A stretch of 64,000 bases of DNA from Moorena sp. SIOASIH (GCF_010671925.1 NZ_JAAHIH010000001.1:933053-997052); one strand, 5' to 3'; counted from the first letter of the stretch, positions 52,842-62,779 are shown. The notes: generated by a model not told the origin, from the letters alone. Program-made: numbers and translations.

Positions 52842-53471
52842 ATGACCGAGTCTTCCTATCCCAATTACAGTGAACAGTTGCGACAACTTATGGCACAAGT
52901 GGGTATTCCTAGTTTTAAGCAACTCAGTCGCAGGGCTGATGTTTCCGAGTTGCAACTGAGGCGTTTGCGGAAAGGTCAGGTGTCCCAGATGCAGCTAAAA
53001 ACGCTGCTGAAACTTGCTCAAGCGTTGCAGGTGTCGGTGAATCAGTTACTGGTTATGTTTTTGCCAGATTCTGTTTCTACCTTACAGGAGGAAGACTCAA
53101 CATTAAAGCAGGAGTACCAGCGTCTGGAACAGCAGTTGGAACAGCAGCGCGAGACTTTAATGCAAGAGTTTCAGCAATCTAGTTTACAAGTGCTAGAATC
53201 CTGGCTAGTGCAATGGCCCACTGCTGCTTATGCGGCACAACAGAATGAGCAGTTACCAGCAGTGAGATTATTGCCCCTGGTAAAGCCAGTGGAACAGTTG
53301 CTAGAAAAATGGGGTGTGGAAGCGATCGCATCTGTGGGTGAAGAACTCCCTTACGATCCACAAAAACACCAACTCATGTCAGGCACTGCTCAACCAGGTG
53401 ATACGGTTAGGGTACGTTACACTGGTTACCGCATTGGTGATAAGTTGCTGCATCGTGCTAAAGTCACCTAG
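52842..53471 (+). CDS. XRE-type helix-turn-helix protein with a GrpE-like C-terminal domain
   Basis: N-terminal HTH (SFKQLSRRADVSELQLRRLRKG). C-terminal VRVRYTGYRIGDKLLHRAKV resembles the GrpE beta-domain. Confidence 0.45.
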   Translation: MTESSYPNYSEQLRQLMAQVGIPSFKQLSRRADVSELQLRRLRKGQVSQMQLKTLLKLAQALQVSVNQLLVMFLPDSVSTLQEEDSTLKQEYQRLEQQLEQQRETLMQEFQQSSLQVLESWLVQWPTAAYAAQQNEQLPAVRLLPLVKPVEQLLEKWGVEAIASVGEELPYDPQKHQLMSGTAQPGDTVRVRYTGYRIGDKLLHRAKVT

Positions 53472-53693
53472 TGTAAGCCTTGGCAATTCCCGGTAATCTC
53501 CGTAATTGCCCACTAGGTTGCAGACTCAGGATGATTTGCTTCCTACGTTGCTTTGGTTATGACACCTAGGAGTGAACTCCAGCCCCTAGCTCTGTCGCCA
53601 ATCATTAAGACAAAGGCAAAACGTGTGGTTGGCAAAACACAAGCCATAGCAACATTGTCGAGGAACACATTACCAATTTTGAGGCATTTAACA
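53472..53693 (+). ncRNA. Candidate omega-RNA scaffold associated with IscB-1
   Basis: Non-coding block immediately 5' of iscB. Shares conserved segments (ATGACACCTA..., ...CTGTCG..., ...ACATTGTCRAGG...) with the block upstream of IscB-2. Boundaries uncertain. Confidence 0.35.
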
Positions 53694-54953
53694 ATGCAAA
53701 ATTATGTCTTTGTTGTTGACACAAATAAACAACCATTGAATCCTATATCACCGAAGAAAGCACGGCGATTACTAGACAAAGGTAAGGCGGCGGTTTTCAG
53801 AATGTACCCGTTCACGATCATCTTGAAGACTGCGGTTGATAATCCCACCATCTCACCCTGCCAAATCAAGATTGATCCTGGCAGTAAGGTGACTGGATTT
53901 GCCTTAGTCCAAAACCACCAAGTTATTTGGGGAATGGAATTAGAACACAGAGGAGGGTTGATCAAGAAAAAACTAGAGTCTAGAAGAGCAGTGAGGCGTG
54001 GAAGACGCAATCGTAATACCCGCTACAGAAAACCCAGATTCCTTAACCGTAGGCGTCCAGGAGGTTGGCTTGCCCCTAGTTTAGAGCACCGGGTTTTGAC
54101 TATTGAGACTTGGGTAAAACGATTAACTAAGTTTTGCCCGGTTGATGAGATTTGGATCGAAAGAGTTAAGTTTAATACCCAAAAAATACAAAACCCTGAA
54201 ATTAATGGTGTTGAGTACCAACAAGGCGAATTAGCTGGGTATGAGGTCAGAGAGTACTTATTAGAGAAATGGGGAAGGGAATGCACTTACTGCGGCAAGA
54301 AATCCGTACCATTACAAATTGAGCACATTCGCCCAAAATCTAAAGGGGGGAGCGATAGGGTAAGCAACCTTTGTTTAGCTTGCGAGAAATGTAATCAACG
54401 AAAAGGAAACAAACCTATAGAGGAATTTATCAAAAAAAAGCCAAACTTATTGCAAAAAATTAAAACCAAAGCCAAACAACCACTATTGGATGCAGCGGCA
54501 GTAAATACGACTCGCAACAAGTTAGTAAAAGTGCTCCAGAGAATCAAGCCTGTAATTACTGGAACCGGAGCGCAGACCAAGTATAACCGGACTAAATTAG
54601 GTTTTCCTAAGGAACATTGGATTGATGCTGCCTGTGTCGGTAATATTGAGACATTGGTCTTGAAAACCTCTCAACCACTGTTAGTCACTTGCAAGGGGCA
54701 GGGGGGTAGACAAAAAGCAGTACTTAACAAGCACGGTTACCCGATTAGACACAATCCATTAAGACCGATCAAGGGTTGGTGTAGTGGAGACATAGCCAAA
54801 AACCTCCTGACCGGAAAGTTTGGGAGAGTTAACCCTAGGAGCAAAAGCAACTCTTTCAATTACACAGTCCCAAGAAAAAAGGCAATAAGCTTACACGTTA
54901 AGAACTTGACCAGGGTTCACAGAAAAGATGGGTACACTTACGGTTTTTGCTAA
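53694..54953 (+). CDS. iscB: IscB RNA-guided nuclease (OMEGA system; PLMP, RuvC-I, Arg-rich bridge, RuvC-II, HNH, RuvC-III)
   Basis: PLMP-like N-terminus (VFVVDTNKQPLNPISPKKARRLLDKGKAAVF). RuvC-I KIDPGSKVTGFAL. Bridge helix RRAVRRGRRNRNTRYRKPRF. RuvC-II IETW...E. HNH CTYCG...EHIRPKSKGG...CEKCNQRKGN. RuvC-III HWIDAAC. Confidence 0.85.
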   Translation: MQNYVFVVDTNKQPLNPISPKKARRLLDKGKAAVFRMYPFTIILKTAVDNPTISPCQIKIDPGSKVTGFALVQNHQVIWGMELEHRGGLIKKKLESRRAVRRGRRNRNTRYRKPRFLNRRRPGGWLAPSLEHRVLTIETWVKRLTKFCPVDEIWIERVKFNTQKIQNPEINGVEYQQGELAGYEVREYLLEKWGRECTYCGKKSVPLQIEHIRPKSKGGSDRVSNLCLACEKCNQRKGNKPIEEFIKKKPNLLQKIKTKAKQPLLDAAAVNTTRNKLVKVLQRIKPVITGTGAQTKYNRTKLGFPKEHWIDAACVGNIETLVLKTSQPLLVTCKGQGGRQKAVLNKHGYPIRHNPLRPIKGWCSGDIAKNLLTGKFGRVNPRSKSNSFNYTVPRKKAISLHVKNLTRVHRKDGYTYGFC

Positions 54954-55014
54954 TAAATACCAGGAACTGCCTGGAAATAGTCGTCCTATTACTTACAGTT
55001 AATATAGCAAAGGT

Positions 55015-55232
55015 AACAGGGAGTAGGGAGTAGGGAGTAGGGAGTAAAGAATAAAAATTATCACATAATTCAATTTAGTCATTATAAAATTGTTAATTGC
55101 TATTTTATATTTTCGATTAACAATTTTATATTTTATATTTGTCAGCCGTTTACCTTAAGCTGATGTGAATTTAAATTGGTTATTACCTGTTCCCTGTTCC
55201 CTGTTCCCTGTTCCCTTTGACTAATTTTAGAT
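55015..55232. repeat. STRR heptamers (GGGAGTA)n and (CCCTGTT)n flanking an AT-rich spacer
   Basis: Direct reading. Confidence 0.9.
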
Positions 55233-55256
55233 ATCCCAATCTAAATGCTGAACAGC

Positions 55257-55952
55257 TTAATTAACTGCTTTGATACCATTAAGATGCCCATCTTCCATAT
55301 TAACAATCCGGTCAGCAATATCGAGAATTCGATTGTCGTGAGTAACGAGTAAAATAGTACATCCCTGTTCTTTTGCTAACTGCTGCATTAAATCCACCAC
55401 TTCACGACCGGATTTACTGTCTAGGGCTGCTGTTGGTTCATCGGCTAAGAGTATCTTGGGATTACCCACTAAAGCACGAGCGATCGCAACTCGTTGTTTT
55501 TGTCCTCCAGAAAGTTTATCTGGGTAGTAATTCACCCACTTACCTAACCCCACTGCTTCCAATATAGCTACTGATTTAGTCATAGCATCTTTAGTGGAAA
55601 GTTCTGGGTGTAGTTCTGCTGACATTTGCACATTTTGGCGAGCTGTTAAACTCTTGAGTAAGTTATGAGCCTGGAAAATATAGCCAATATGACGCCGCAC
55701 TGCTATCAAATGACGTTTATTGGCTCCTAGCAGTTGCTGTCCTAGGATTTTGAGACTACCAGCTTGAGGCGATCGCAATCCTCCGATTAGGGTTAGTAAT
55801 GTGGTCTTACCCGATCCAGAAGGACCAGTCATCAACACAATTTCTCCTTGGTGGATGTCTAGGTCAATATCAAACAAAACCTGTTTCCGTAGGAAACCCT
55901 TACCAAAGTAATGGTTGAGATGCTTAATGGATACAACTGGTTCGTCCACCAT
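55257..55952 (-). CDS. ABC transporter ATP-binding protein, DevA/MacB/LolD type
   Basis: Walker A GPSGSGKTT, the LSGGQKQRVAIARAL signature, and Walker B LLADEPT. Confidence 0.85.
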   Translation of the reverse strand: MVDEPVVSIKHLNHYFGKGFLRKQVLFDIDLDIHQGEIVLMTGPSGSGKTTLLTLIGGLRSPQAGSLKILGQQLLGANKRHLIAVRRHIGYIFQAHNLLKSLTARQNVQMSAELHPELSTKDAMTKSVAILEAVGLGKWVNYYPDKLSGGQKQRVAIARALVGNPKILLADEPTAALDSKSGREVVDLMQQLAKEQGCTILLVTHDNRILDIADRIVNMEDGHLNGIKAVN

Positions 55953-55989
55953 GACAGTTTTCGTTCCTACCTAGTTATTAGTTATTGAT

Positions 55990-56290
55990 TATAGTTTTAG
56001 GGTAAGCATTCAGCCGTCAGCTGTCAGCTGTCAGCCTAATGCTTAAAATAAACCTCGAATGGGAGAATTTAATAGTTCGAGATTTTATCGAATTGAAATT
56101 CTGGGGAAAAGCCCTTGGCCTGTGGCCGCGCTACTTGAGGTGCAGATGTAACTCAGATTAAACGAATGCTTACCTCTTTTATTCAAAAGCTGTTCGCAAA
56201 GCGTGCGCATCGCCCATAAGTTGATAGCTGATAGCTGATAGCTGATAGCTGATAGCTGATAGCTGATAGCTGATAGCTGATAGCTTACAT
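55990..56290. repeat. STRR arrays plus a dispersed repeat unit (AATGCTTAAAATAAA...GGGAGAATTTAATAGTTCGAGATTTTATCGAATTGAAATTCTGGGG), and (GATAGCT) in about 9 copies
   Basis: Intron-less paralogue of the group II intron insertion site, lying in the devC-devA intergenic region. Confidence 0.85.
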
Positions 56291-57439
56291 TTAAAAAATA
56301 TCAGCGGGATCGGCTGCTTGGAGTTTCCCGATCGCGATCGCACCGGAAATACAACACATGATAATCGTCAGAATCAACACTGTCAGTGCCCTAGCTAGAC
56401 TCATAGCTATGGGTAAACTGGTAGCATTTTTAGTTAAACTATACAACCCTAATGCCAGTCCATATCCGGGAAAATAACCTAAAATTGCCAGAATCAGAGC
56501 TTCTTGAAAAACAACAATCAATAGGTAGGTGGTTTTATAACCCATGGCTTTGAGGGTAGCATACTCAGGTAAATGATCCGCGACATCAGTATATAGAATT
56601 TGATAAACAATCACTGTACCCACGATAAATCCCATCGCGCTACCGAGGGTAAAAATAAAGCCAATAGCTGTACTGCTTTGCCAGTAAGCTTTCTCCCAAT
56701 TAACAAACTCTTCCTTGGATAAAACTCTAACATCCTTGGAAAGTTCGCGCCTCATCTTCTCTACAACTGTCTCCAAATCTAACCCTGGTTCTAATTCAAT
56801 CAAACCGATATCAATCAGTCCTCTATGGCGGTCAGGGAAAAGGCGGAAAAAGTTTAAATCACTGGTGATCACATTTCCATCTGCTGCAAAGGAAGCCCCT
56901 AGGGTGAATAAGCCTCCTACTCGAATGCGACGTTCTTTGACTTCAGTGGTTATCTCTTTGCCCTGATTAAACTCTTCAGCAATAGGACCATATTCAGGTC
57001 TGGATCTGTCATCGAACAAAACTACATCCGGCATTTTAATCGTATCCAGATTGCTGGTTACTCCAGATAAATTGAAGACGTTGTCAGTAGGATTAAACCC
57101 AATCACAAGTACATTACGACTTTCACGGGTTTGAGGATTTTTCCAGAGGGCAAAGTCCATATATATCCCACTAATTGATTTGACCCCATCAAATGCAATA
57201 CTTTGATACAACCTGCGACTAGGAAAACTTTTCATAGCGAGTGTTGCCTGGGACTGGGGACTAATCAAAAAAATGTCACCTTGTAAGCTATTATGTAGTG
57301 TCACATTACTTTCAAACAGGGCATCCCGAAAACCCATTTGCATAAACATTAAAATATCGGCAAAAGCAATTCCTGCCAGTGCCACCAGCAAACGCATTTT
57401 TTCATGGGTCAATTGTAACCATGCTAAAGGTATTTTCAT
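56291..57439 (-). CDS. ABC transporter permease, DevC/FtsX-like
   Basis: N-terminal TM helix, a large periplasmic domain, and C-terminal FtsX-type TM helices. Confidence 0.8.
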   Translation of the reverse strand: MKIPLAWLQLTHEKMRLLVALAGIAFADILMFMQMGFRDALFESNVTLHNSLQGDIFLISPQSQATLAMKSFPSRRLYQSIAFDGVKSISGIYMDFALWKNPQTRESRNVLVIGFNPTDNVFNLSGVTSNLDTIKMPDVVLFDDRSRPEYGPIAEEFNQGKEITTEVKERRIRVGGLFTLGASFAADGNVITSDLNFFRLFPDRHRGLIDIGLIELEPGLDLETVVEKMRRELSKDVRVLSKEEFVNWEKAYWQSSTAIGFIFTLGSAMGFIVGTVIVYQILYTDVADHLPEYATLKAMGYKTTYLLIVVFQEALILAILGYFPGYGLALGLYSLTKNATSLPIAMSLARALTVLILTIIMCCISGAIAIGKLQAADPADIF

Positions 57440-57613
57440 GATTAATATTTACTGGTTAATTACTATTTTTTAATTCAAAATCAAAAATTAAAAATTAAAA
57501 ATTAATAGCCTTATACTTTGTAAGTGTTTCCACCGGATACAAGCCCACGAATTAATTTATAGGTTAGTTTTGAATTTTGAATTGATAATTTTTAATTGGA
57601 GCAAAGCGATTGA

Positions 57614-58933
57614 CTAATCACTAATCACTATTTTTACGATGACTTGGGAGTTAGTTAAATCAGCAACTGTTTTGCTGTCTTCCGGATTGAGACGAATATC
57701 TACTTCGACAACTCTGGCATCTACGTCAGCGGCTGGATCAGTGTCAAGAACATCCTGTTTGTCAATTTGTTGCCCAATTCTAACTACACTGCCATTGAGT
57801 TTATCCTCAAATGCCTTGCTTTCACTAATAATTGTTACTTTCTGTCCTAGCTTGACTTTACCAATATCACTTTCGTAGACTTCAGCAACAACCATCATTT
57901 GGTCAGTTTGCCCTAGTTCCACAATTCCCTTTTCTTGATCTACGGTTTCTCCTGGATAAGTGTTAATTTTCAAAATTTGACTATCTAGTGGAGAATGCAC
58001 GTAAGCAAATTTTAATTCTGCTTCGGCTTGCTTGACTTGTGCCATAGCCATTTCTAGCTCCGCTTCAGCCTGTCTAATATCTACTAGACGTACTTCTTTT
58101 ATCTCTTCGAGGGTAGCTTTGGCTTCGTTAATCTGTGCTTCTACCACAGCTAGGGTTTGGTTGCGGTTGACAATAGCTTCTTTGAGTTGTTCCCTGAGGG
58201 TGCTTATAGTTTGGGTGCGGTTGGCTATGGCTTCACTCACGCTCTCTTGGGCGGTTTCTACGTTTAGGCGGCGGCTGTCCAATTCGGAAATTGCGATCGC
58301 ACCGTCTCGTTCTAACTGGTCATAGCGCTGAAAATCTGCTTGCACATTCCTTAACTGAGCCTTTAATCGCCTGACTGTGGCATCTTTTTCTTGTTGTGTT
58401 TCTTGCAGCTGAGTCTGTAAACGGTCAATGCGAGTTTGTAGCGCCTCCTTCTGCCCCCGATACTCTGCCTCTAGTCGTTTAATCTTAGCCTCCTGAGCAG
58501 CAATGGTTCCACTTTTAGCACCGGCTTTGACTTTCTCCAAGTTCGCACGGCTTACTTTAACCTCCGCTTTCGCCCGTTCTAAATCCGCTTGTAAGCGATC
58601 GCGATTTTCCATGATGGCAATCAATTGATTGGCACCTACTTTATCCCCTTCCTTAACCAGTAACTGAGCCACCCTTGGTGCTTGAAAAGTTGTTGGAGCA
58701 GCTAATTGAATAACTTCCCCCTCAGGTTCGAGACGTCCTAGAGCAGTTACAGCTCGGATAGCTGGGGTTGTACTGGGGGATGGCACTGGTTCTGGTGGGC
58801 GCTCACGGACCATTTCCAAACTGTATCGGCTAGCGACCACAGTTGCCAGAATCCCAACACCAGCCAGTACAATCACCCAACGGCTTAGGGGCTTTGATAA
58901 TCCCTGATCTTTTATGCCAATCTTTGGCTCCAT
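57614..58933 (-). CDS. Membrane-fusion protein, DevB/HlyD-like, with a long coiled coil
   Basis: N-terminal TM helix. Extended alpha-helical coiled coil (QADLERAKAEV...). C-terminal beta domain. Confidence 0.75.
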   Translation of the reverse strand: MEPKIGIKDQGLSKPLSRWVIVLAGVGILATVVASRYSLEMVRERPPEPVPSPSTTPAIRAVTALGRLEPEGEVIQLAAPTTFQAPRVAQLLVKEGDKVGANQLIAIMENRDRLQADLERAKAEVKVSRANLEKVKAGAKSGTIAAQEAKIKRLEAEYRGQKEALQTRIDRLQTQLQETQQEKDATVRRLKAQLRNVQADFQRYDQLERDGAIAISELDSRRLNVETAQESVSEAIANRTQTISTLREQLKEAIVNRNQTLAVVEAQINEAKATLEEIKEVRLVDIRQAEAELEMAMAQVKQAEAELKFAYVHSPLDSQILKINTYPGETVDQEKGIVELGQTDQMMVVAEVYESDIGKVKLGQKVTIISESKAFEDKLNGSVVRIGQQIDKQDVLDTDPAADVDARVVEVDIRLNPEDSKTVADLTNSQVIVKIVISD

Positions 58934-59079
58934 GACTCCTCCGGTTAAATCAACCTCTGTCGGTTATATGAGTCATAACCATTTCTTGTGTGCCATATTA
59001 TATGGCTCCTTACTATTTAATCTATCATAAAGTTAATAATATATGAGCACCGCTAACAGATTTTTTGAGAAGTCCCTCA

Positions 59080-59607
59080 TTACTGGGTCAGCTGAAATTC
59101 AGCAGAGTGCATAGCAGGGGTTCCCGCTCGCAACTTTGCTAAAAGTTTAACGAAGGTTTTCTTTTCTGCACCAGTCAGGTGAGCCATCAAACCTGTCACC
59201 CGATTAAAGTGGTCGGGAAGCATTTGCTTCAAGAACTGCCAACCCTTTGGAGTCAGCTGAACCATCAGCATCCGTCGGTCATCTGGGTGCGGCTGGCGTT
59301 TAACTAACCCTTGACGTTCGAGACCATCGAGCAGACCTGTGATCGTCCCACGAGTAACACCAGCCTGTTGAGCACATTCGGAAGGAGTCAAGCCTAACGA
59401 ACCCGCCTTGTGTAATAGCATGAGTACAGTAAACTTACCGATTGATAACTCGTAGCGACCCAAATGAGTCTCAATCGCTTCGTAGATTTCAGTGGTAGTT
59501 TTCAGGAACGACAGACAAGTAAACACTGATGCTATATCTAGCTCAGGGTACTGTCTCGCCACATTTAGCAGTTCCTGCTCTGAGGGAAGGTCACGTTTAG
59601 TGAACAT
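59080..59607 (-). CDS. MarR-family transcriptional regulator
   Basis: Winged HTH: LSIGKFTVLMLLHKAGSLGLTPSECAQQAGVTRGTITGLLDGLERQGLVKR...DDRR. Confidence 0.85.
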   Translation of the reverse strand: MFTKRDLPSEQELLNVARQYPELDIASVFTCLSFLKTTTEIYEAIETHLGRYELSIGKFTVLMLLHKAGSLGLTPSECAQQAGVTRGTITGLLDGLERQGLVKRQPHPDDRRMLMVQLTPKGWQFLKQMLPDHFNRVTGLMAHLTGAEKKTFVKLLAKLRAGTPAMHSAEFQLTQ

Positions 59608-59853
59608 AGTCTATCCCCTTAAAAAAGTTTGCCGACTTATTATTATCGTGCCTTACTATAGTATTTCTCAAATAGGTGAGGTATACAAGTTGTGGATTTA
59701 AGGGAACAGGGAATAGGGAATAGGGAATAGGGAACAGGGAACAGGGAACAGGAAAAAAATCCTGTTTACCTCATTAATATGAGAAACGCTATCATCCATT
59801 GCTCCATCCCTAAACTAATCAGCAAACTAATCAGCTTTACGATTGATTAAGTA

Positions 59854-60594
59854 TCAAGATCCTGGCAAGTCAAATAACACCGAAGTCATATAGTTCTCTG
59901 CCCATTCAACACCAAACGCTTTTTCAAGCACCCGCCGGGTTTTGTCATTCTGCCGCTGCTTGCTGCAATAATAGTGTTGACTAGCAATAATTTCTGCTTG
60001 CTTTTCTCTAGAGACCGGTAGCGCATTAGCAGCATGGGCACAGTGAATCTGTAATAAATCATCCACCCATGCCAGGAACTGTGCTTCTTCTTCTGGACCA
60101 TTGGGACGCACAAAAATGCAAAATTCTGAAAAAATGTCTGCCCAAGGTGGTAAGTCACGGGGCTGTTTAAACTCAGGTTTTGGTAGGTTCTCTAAAGAAC
60201 AGTGATAGGCTTCTGGTAAGGTACGTTTAGGGTTGAGTGGAGAAAGGTCTGCGATCGCAGCACTAATTTGTCCTCTAGCTGCCACCACATCACAGCCAAA
60301 CATGGGCAAAGCATAGTCTGGACGAGGAAACATTACACAGTGTAAAATATCCAACATCTCACCTACTTTTGCCAATTCCAGGTGCATTTTCCGAAACTGA
60401 GGTGTCTGATAGCAATGGTTTTCGATAGTCAGTTTCTCTCCCTCAAGCCGTCCTTGTACGTAGCCTAACTCGGCTGGTAAATGATAAGGAGAAAGGTCGA
60501 AGTAGCGCCGCCAGTTCGACTCTATACAGTCTGCCAGCTTAGCGCACAGAGGGTTTTGTTGGGTTCTTAGGGATGGCGTGGAAGTGGTTGACAT
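59854..60594 (-). CDS. pcyA: Phycocyanobilin:ferredoxin oxidoreductase
   Basis: 246 aa. Blocks [44 protein letters not shown] and [10 protein letters not shown] match PcyA. Confidence 0.88.
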   Translation of the reverse strand: MSTTSTPSLRTQQNPLCAKLADCIESNWRRYFDLSPYHLPAELGYVQGRLEGEKLTIENHCYQTPQFRKMHLELAKVGEMLDILHCVMFPRPDYALPMFGCDVVAARGQISAAIADLSPLNPKRTLPEAYHCSLENLPKPEFKQPRDLPPWADIFSEFCIFVRPNGPEEEAQFLAWVDDLLQIHCAHAANALPVSREKQAEIIASQHYYCSKQRQNDKTRRVLEKAFGVEWAENYMTSVLFDLPGS

Positions 60595-60930
60595 TCCTTA
60601 ACACTTAAAGGCTATGGGTAAAATTGAGGCAACAGGCTTGCAGACCAAAGGGTTGGATGGTGTTTCCCCCCATTATCCCCTTTAACAAGAGGGGTAGGAA
60701 AAAGACAAAAGGCATACAAGACTTGAAGTATCAACCATTGCATTGATTGTCACCTTTGCCAATGGTATATTTTTATACTTAATCTTTCATCCTTCATCCT
60801 TCGACCTCTATCTTCTCACCTTATCGGTGACCATCAATTGGAGCAAGACATCCTAAGTATGGACCTCGGATAAGCTTAGGATATCAGCTTGCCATGGGCA
60901 ATCCTTTAGCGCTACACAAAACTTTGTTAC

Positions 60931-61221
60931 TGCTGGGATGGGATAAAGGATTTTGTTTGCGATCGCATCGAATTCCGACCATGTAGCATCGACTAGGGGT
61001 GCATTGCTGAATCTTCGGATGAATGTGAGTGGGGTGGCATCCTGCCCGCCCGAAAATGACTACTTTGATTACTGCTGGGATTGCATGTAGGATTTTGTTT
61101 GCGATCGCATGGAATTCCTTCCTAGTAGCATGGACTAGCGGGGCATTGCTGAGGGGCGGGATGAATGTGAGTGGGGTGGGCATCCTGCCCGCCCGAAAAT
61201 GACTACTTTGAGTGGGCGACC
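60931..61221. repeat. Tandem duplication of an approximately 145-bp unit (2 copies, about 85% identical), each containing a GC-rich stem-loop (GGGCGGGATG...CATCCTGCCCGCCC)
   Basis: Direct alignment of 60931-61078 against 61079-61221. Confidence 0.85.
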
Positions 61222-61372
61222 GAGATTTCCCTAGGTTGATTGTGCGCCTAGTAAAACCATAGAGTAGATTAGCTAGACAATTTTTTTGCTTGGCCGTGAA
61301 GTAGGATGGGCTAAGTGCTATAAAGCAGTTCAAGGTTAATTAAAAGTTAAAAGGAGTTTGGAGGAAATTGCT

Positions 61373-61555
61373 ATGTTTGGTTTAGGATGGCCCGAAGTGA
61401 TGATTATTGGTGTTGTGGCAGTTGTGATTTTTGGACCGAAGAAAATTCCTGAAATCGGCAGCGCCCTAGGGAAAACCCTCAGAGGCTTCAAAGACGAGAT
61501 GAATAATCCGACATCAGAAGCTGAGGAGTCACAAACTCAGCAGAAAGATTCATAA
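61373..61555 (+). CDS. tatA: Sec-independent protein translocase subunit TatA/E
   Basis: MFGLGWPEVMIIGVVAVVIFGPKKIPEIGSALGKTLRGFK is canonical TatA. Confidence 0.85.
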   Translation: MFGLGWPEVMIIGVVAVVIFGPKKIPEIGSALGKTLRGFKDEMNNPTSEAEESQTQQKDS

Positions 61556-61791
61556 TTAACAAAACTTTCGACGGTGCATTCATCCCACGCTGACCATTTT
61601 TGAATGGTCGCGAAGCGATTGACGTTAGGGTTCAGATCTGGCTATGGAAGGCGTTGTCAGCTATAACAATGCCTGCATTAGAGGGTTTCTCATAGTAACG
61701 AAGTACACAGGATTTTTTCCCGATTCCCGACTCCCGATTCCCGATTCCCGATTCCCCAATCCCTAGTCTTTTCATCCTTCGTTGTCCGCGA

Positions 61792-62502
61792 TTAGCCCGA
61801 AGGGCTACGCTTCGCGAACGCATCTAACTGCTGCCAGTCATTGATAATAATTTTGCCTCCCCGCTTGTAGGTAACCACTGAATTGATCGAATTTATCTTT
61901 TTGAACAAACGCACGCATTCTTCATAGGTTATACCTATACTGCGAGCAATTTGATAGTACGGAAGGTTGACATTTAAGGAGTCTCCCTGAGCAACAGACT
62001 GAGTTCCATAGCGAGTTGCATAGTATTGCAGCAGACGCACCAGTCGTACAATTGCCCTTTCAGAAATTAGCCCATGTACGGTGTTATGAATTTGTTGCAA
62101 GCGTTGATTAAAGACTTCCAGGATTCGCAACGCCACTTCTGGGGTCTGGCGAATAGTCTCTAACAGCGCCTCTCGTTCTATGGTTAGCACTCGGGAGTCC
62201 ACCTGACAAATAACTGTTGCGGGAGCAATACCATTACCAAAAATTGCCGGAGCCGCAAAAATATCCCCCTCAGGGATGATGCGCAAAAGGCTTTCTTTAC
62301 CACTCGTCCCGGTTTTTTTAATTTGCAGAGTTCCCTTGATTAAGGCATAGAGTTGGCAGGGCAGGCGATCGCCCTCGTAGATCACAATCTCATCCCGCAA
62401 ATAAGTCCTTACTTTGGTATAAGGCTGAAGATTCTCTAGCGCTGAAGTTTCTAGGTCCTTAAGCACCCAGACTTGAGCTAATTGTTCAATCGATGAGACC
62501 AT
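61792..62502 (-). CDS. Crp/Fnr-family transcriptional regulator (cNMP-binding domain plus C-terminal HTH); not NtcA
   Basis: cNMP-binding beta-roll (IYEGD...GKESLLRIIPEGDIFAA) and HTH (YQIARSIGITYEECVRLFKK). Confidence 0.85.
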   Translation of the reverse strand: MVSSIEQLAQVWVLKDLETSALENLQPYTKVRTYLRDEIVIYEGDRLPCQLYALIKGTLQIKKTGTSGKESLLRIIPEGDIFAAPAIFGNGIAPATVICQVDSRVLTIEREALLETIRQTPEVALRILEVFNQRLQQIHNTVHGLISERAIVRLVRLLQYYATRYGTQSVAQGDSLNVNLPYYQIARSIGITYEECVRLFKKINSINSVVTYKRGGKIIINDWQQLDAFAKRSPSG

Positions 62503-62779
62503 GCCTAGTAGTCCTTTGAGAGTGTTTGATAGTTATGATCAACAATTTACTTCGTTTATGAGCTAGCTCAAGGACAGCCCTAACTATTTCTGTCACAGTA
62601 AAAGTAACAACGAGTTCAGAGATATAGCAGAAGTCAGAAGTCAGAAGTCAGAAGTCAGAAGTCAGAAGTCAAACTCTTGCGCTTACTTAGGTTTGAGACT
62701 TTTGTCATGTCCGCGCCTGCCCTGGCGACTGCTATATTTCCAAATCAATGAACTTCCTACCTAAATTTGAGATGAGGAA

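Noticed and set aside
60884-61333. 149-aa ORF on the minus strand
   Set aside because: It spans the 145-bp tandem duplication and the translation is repeat-derived. Not a credible gene.
61792-62502. Crp-family regulator as NtcA
   Set aside because: The sequence lacks the characteristic NtcA N-terminus and recognition helix. It is a generic Crp/Fnr family member.
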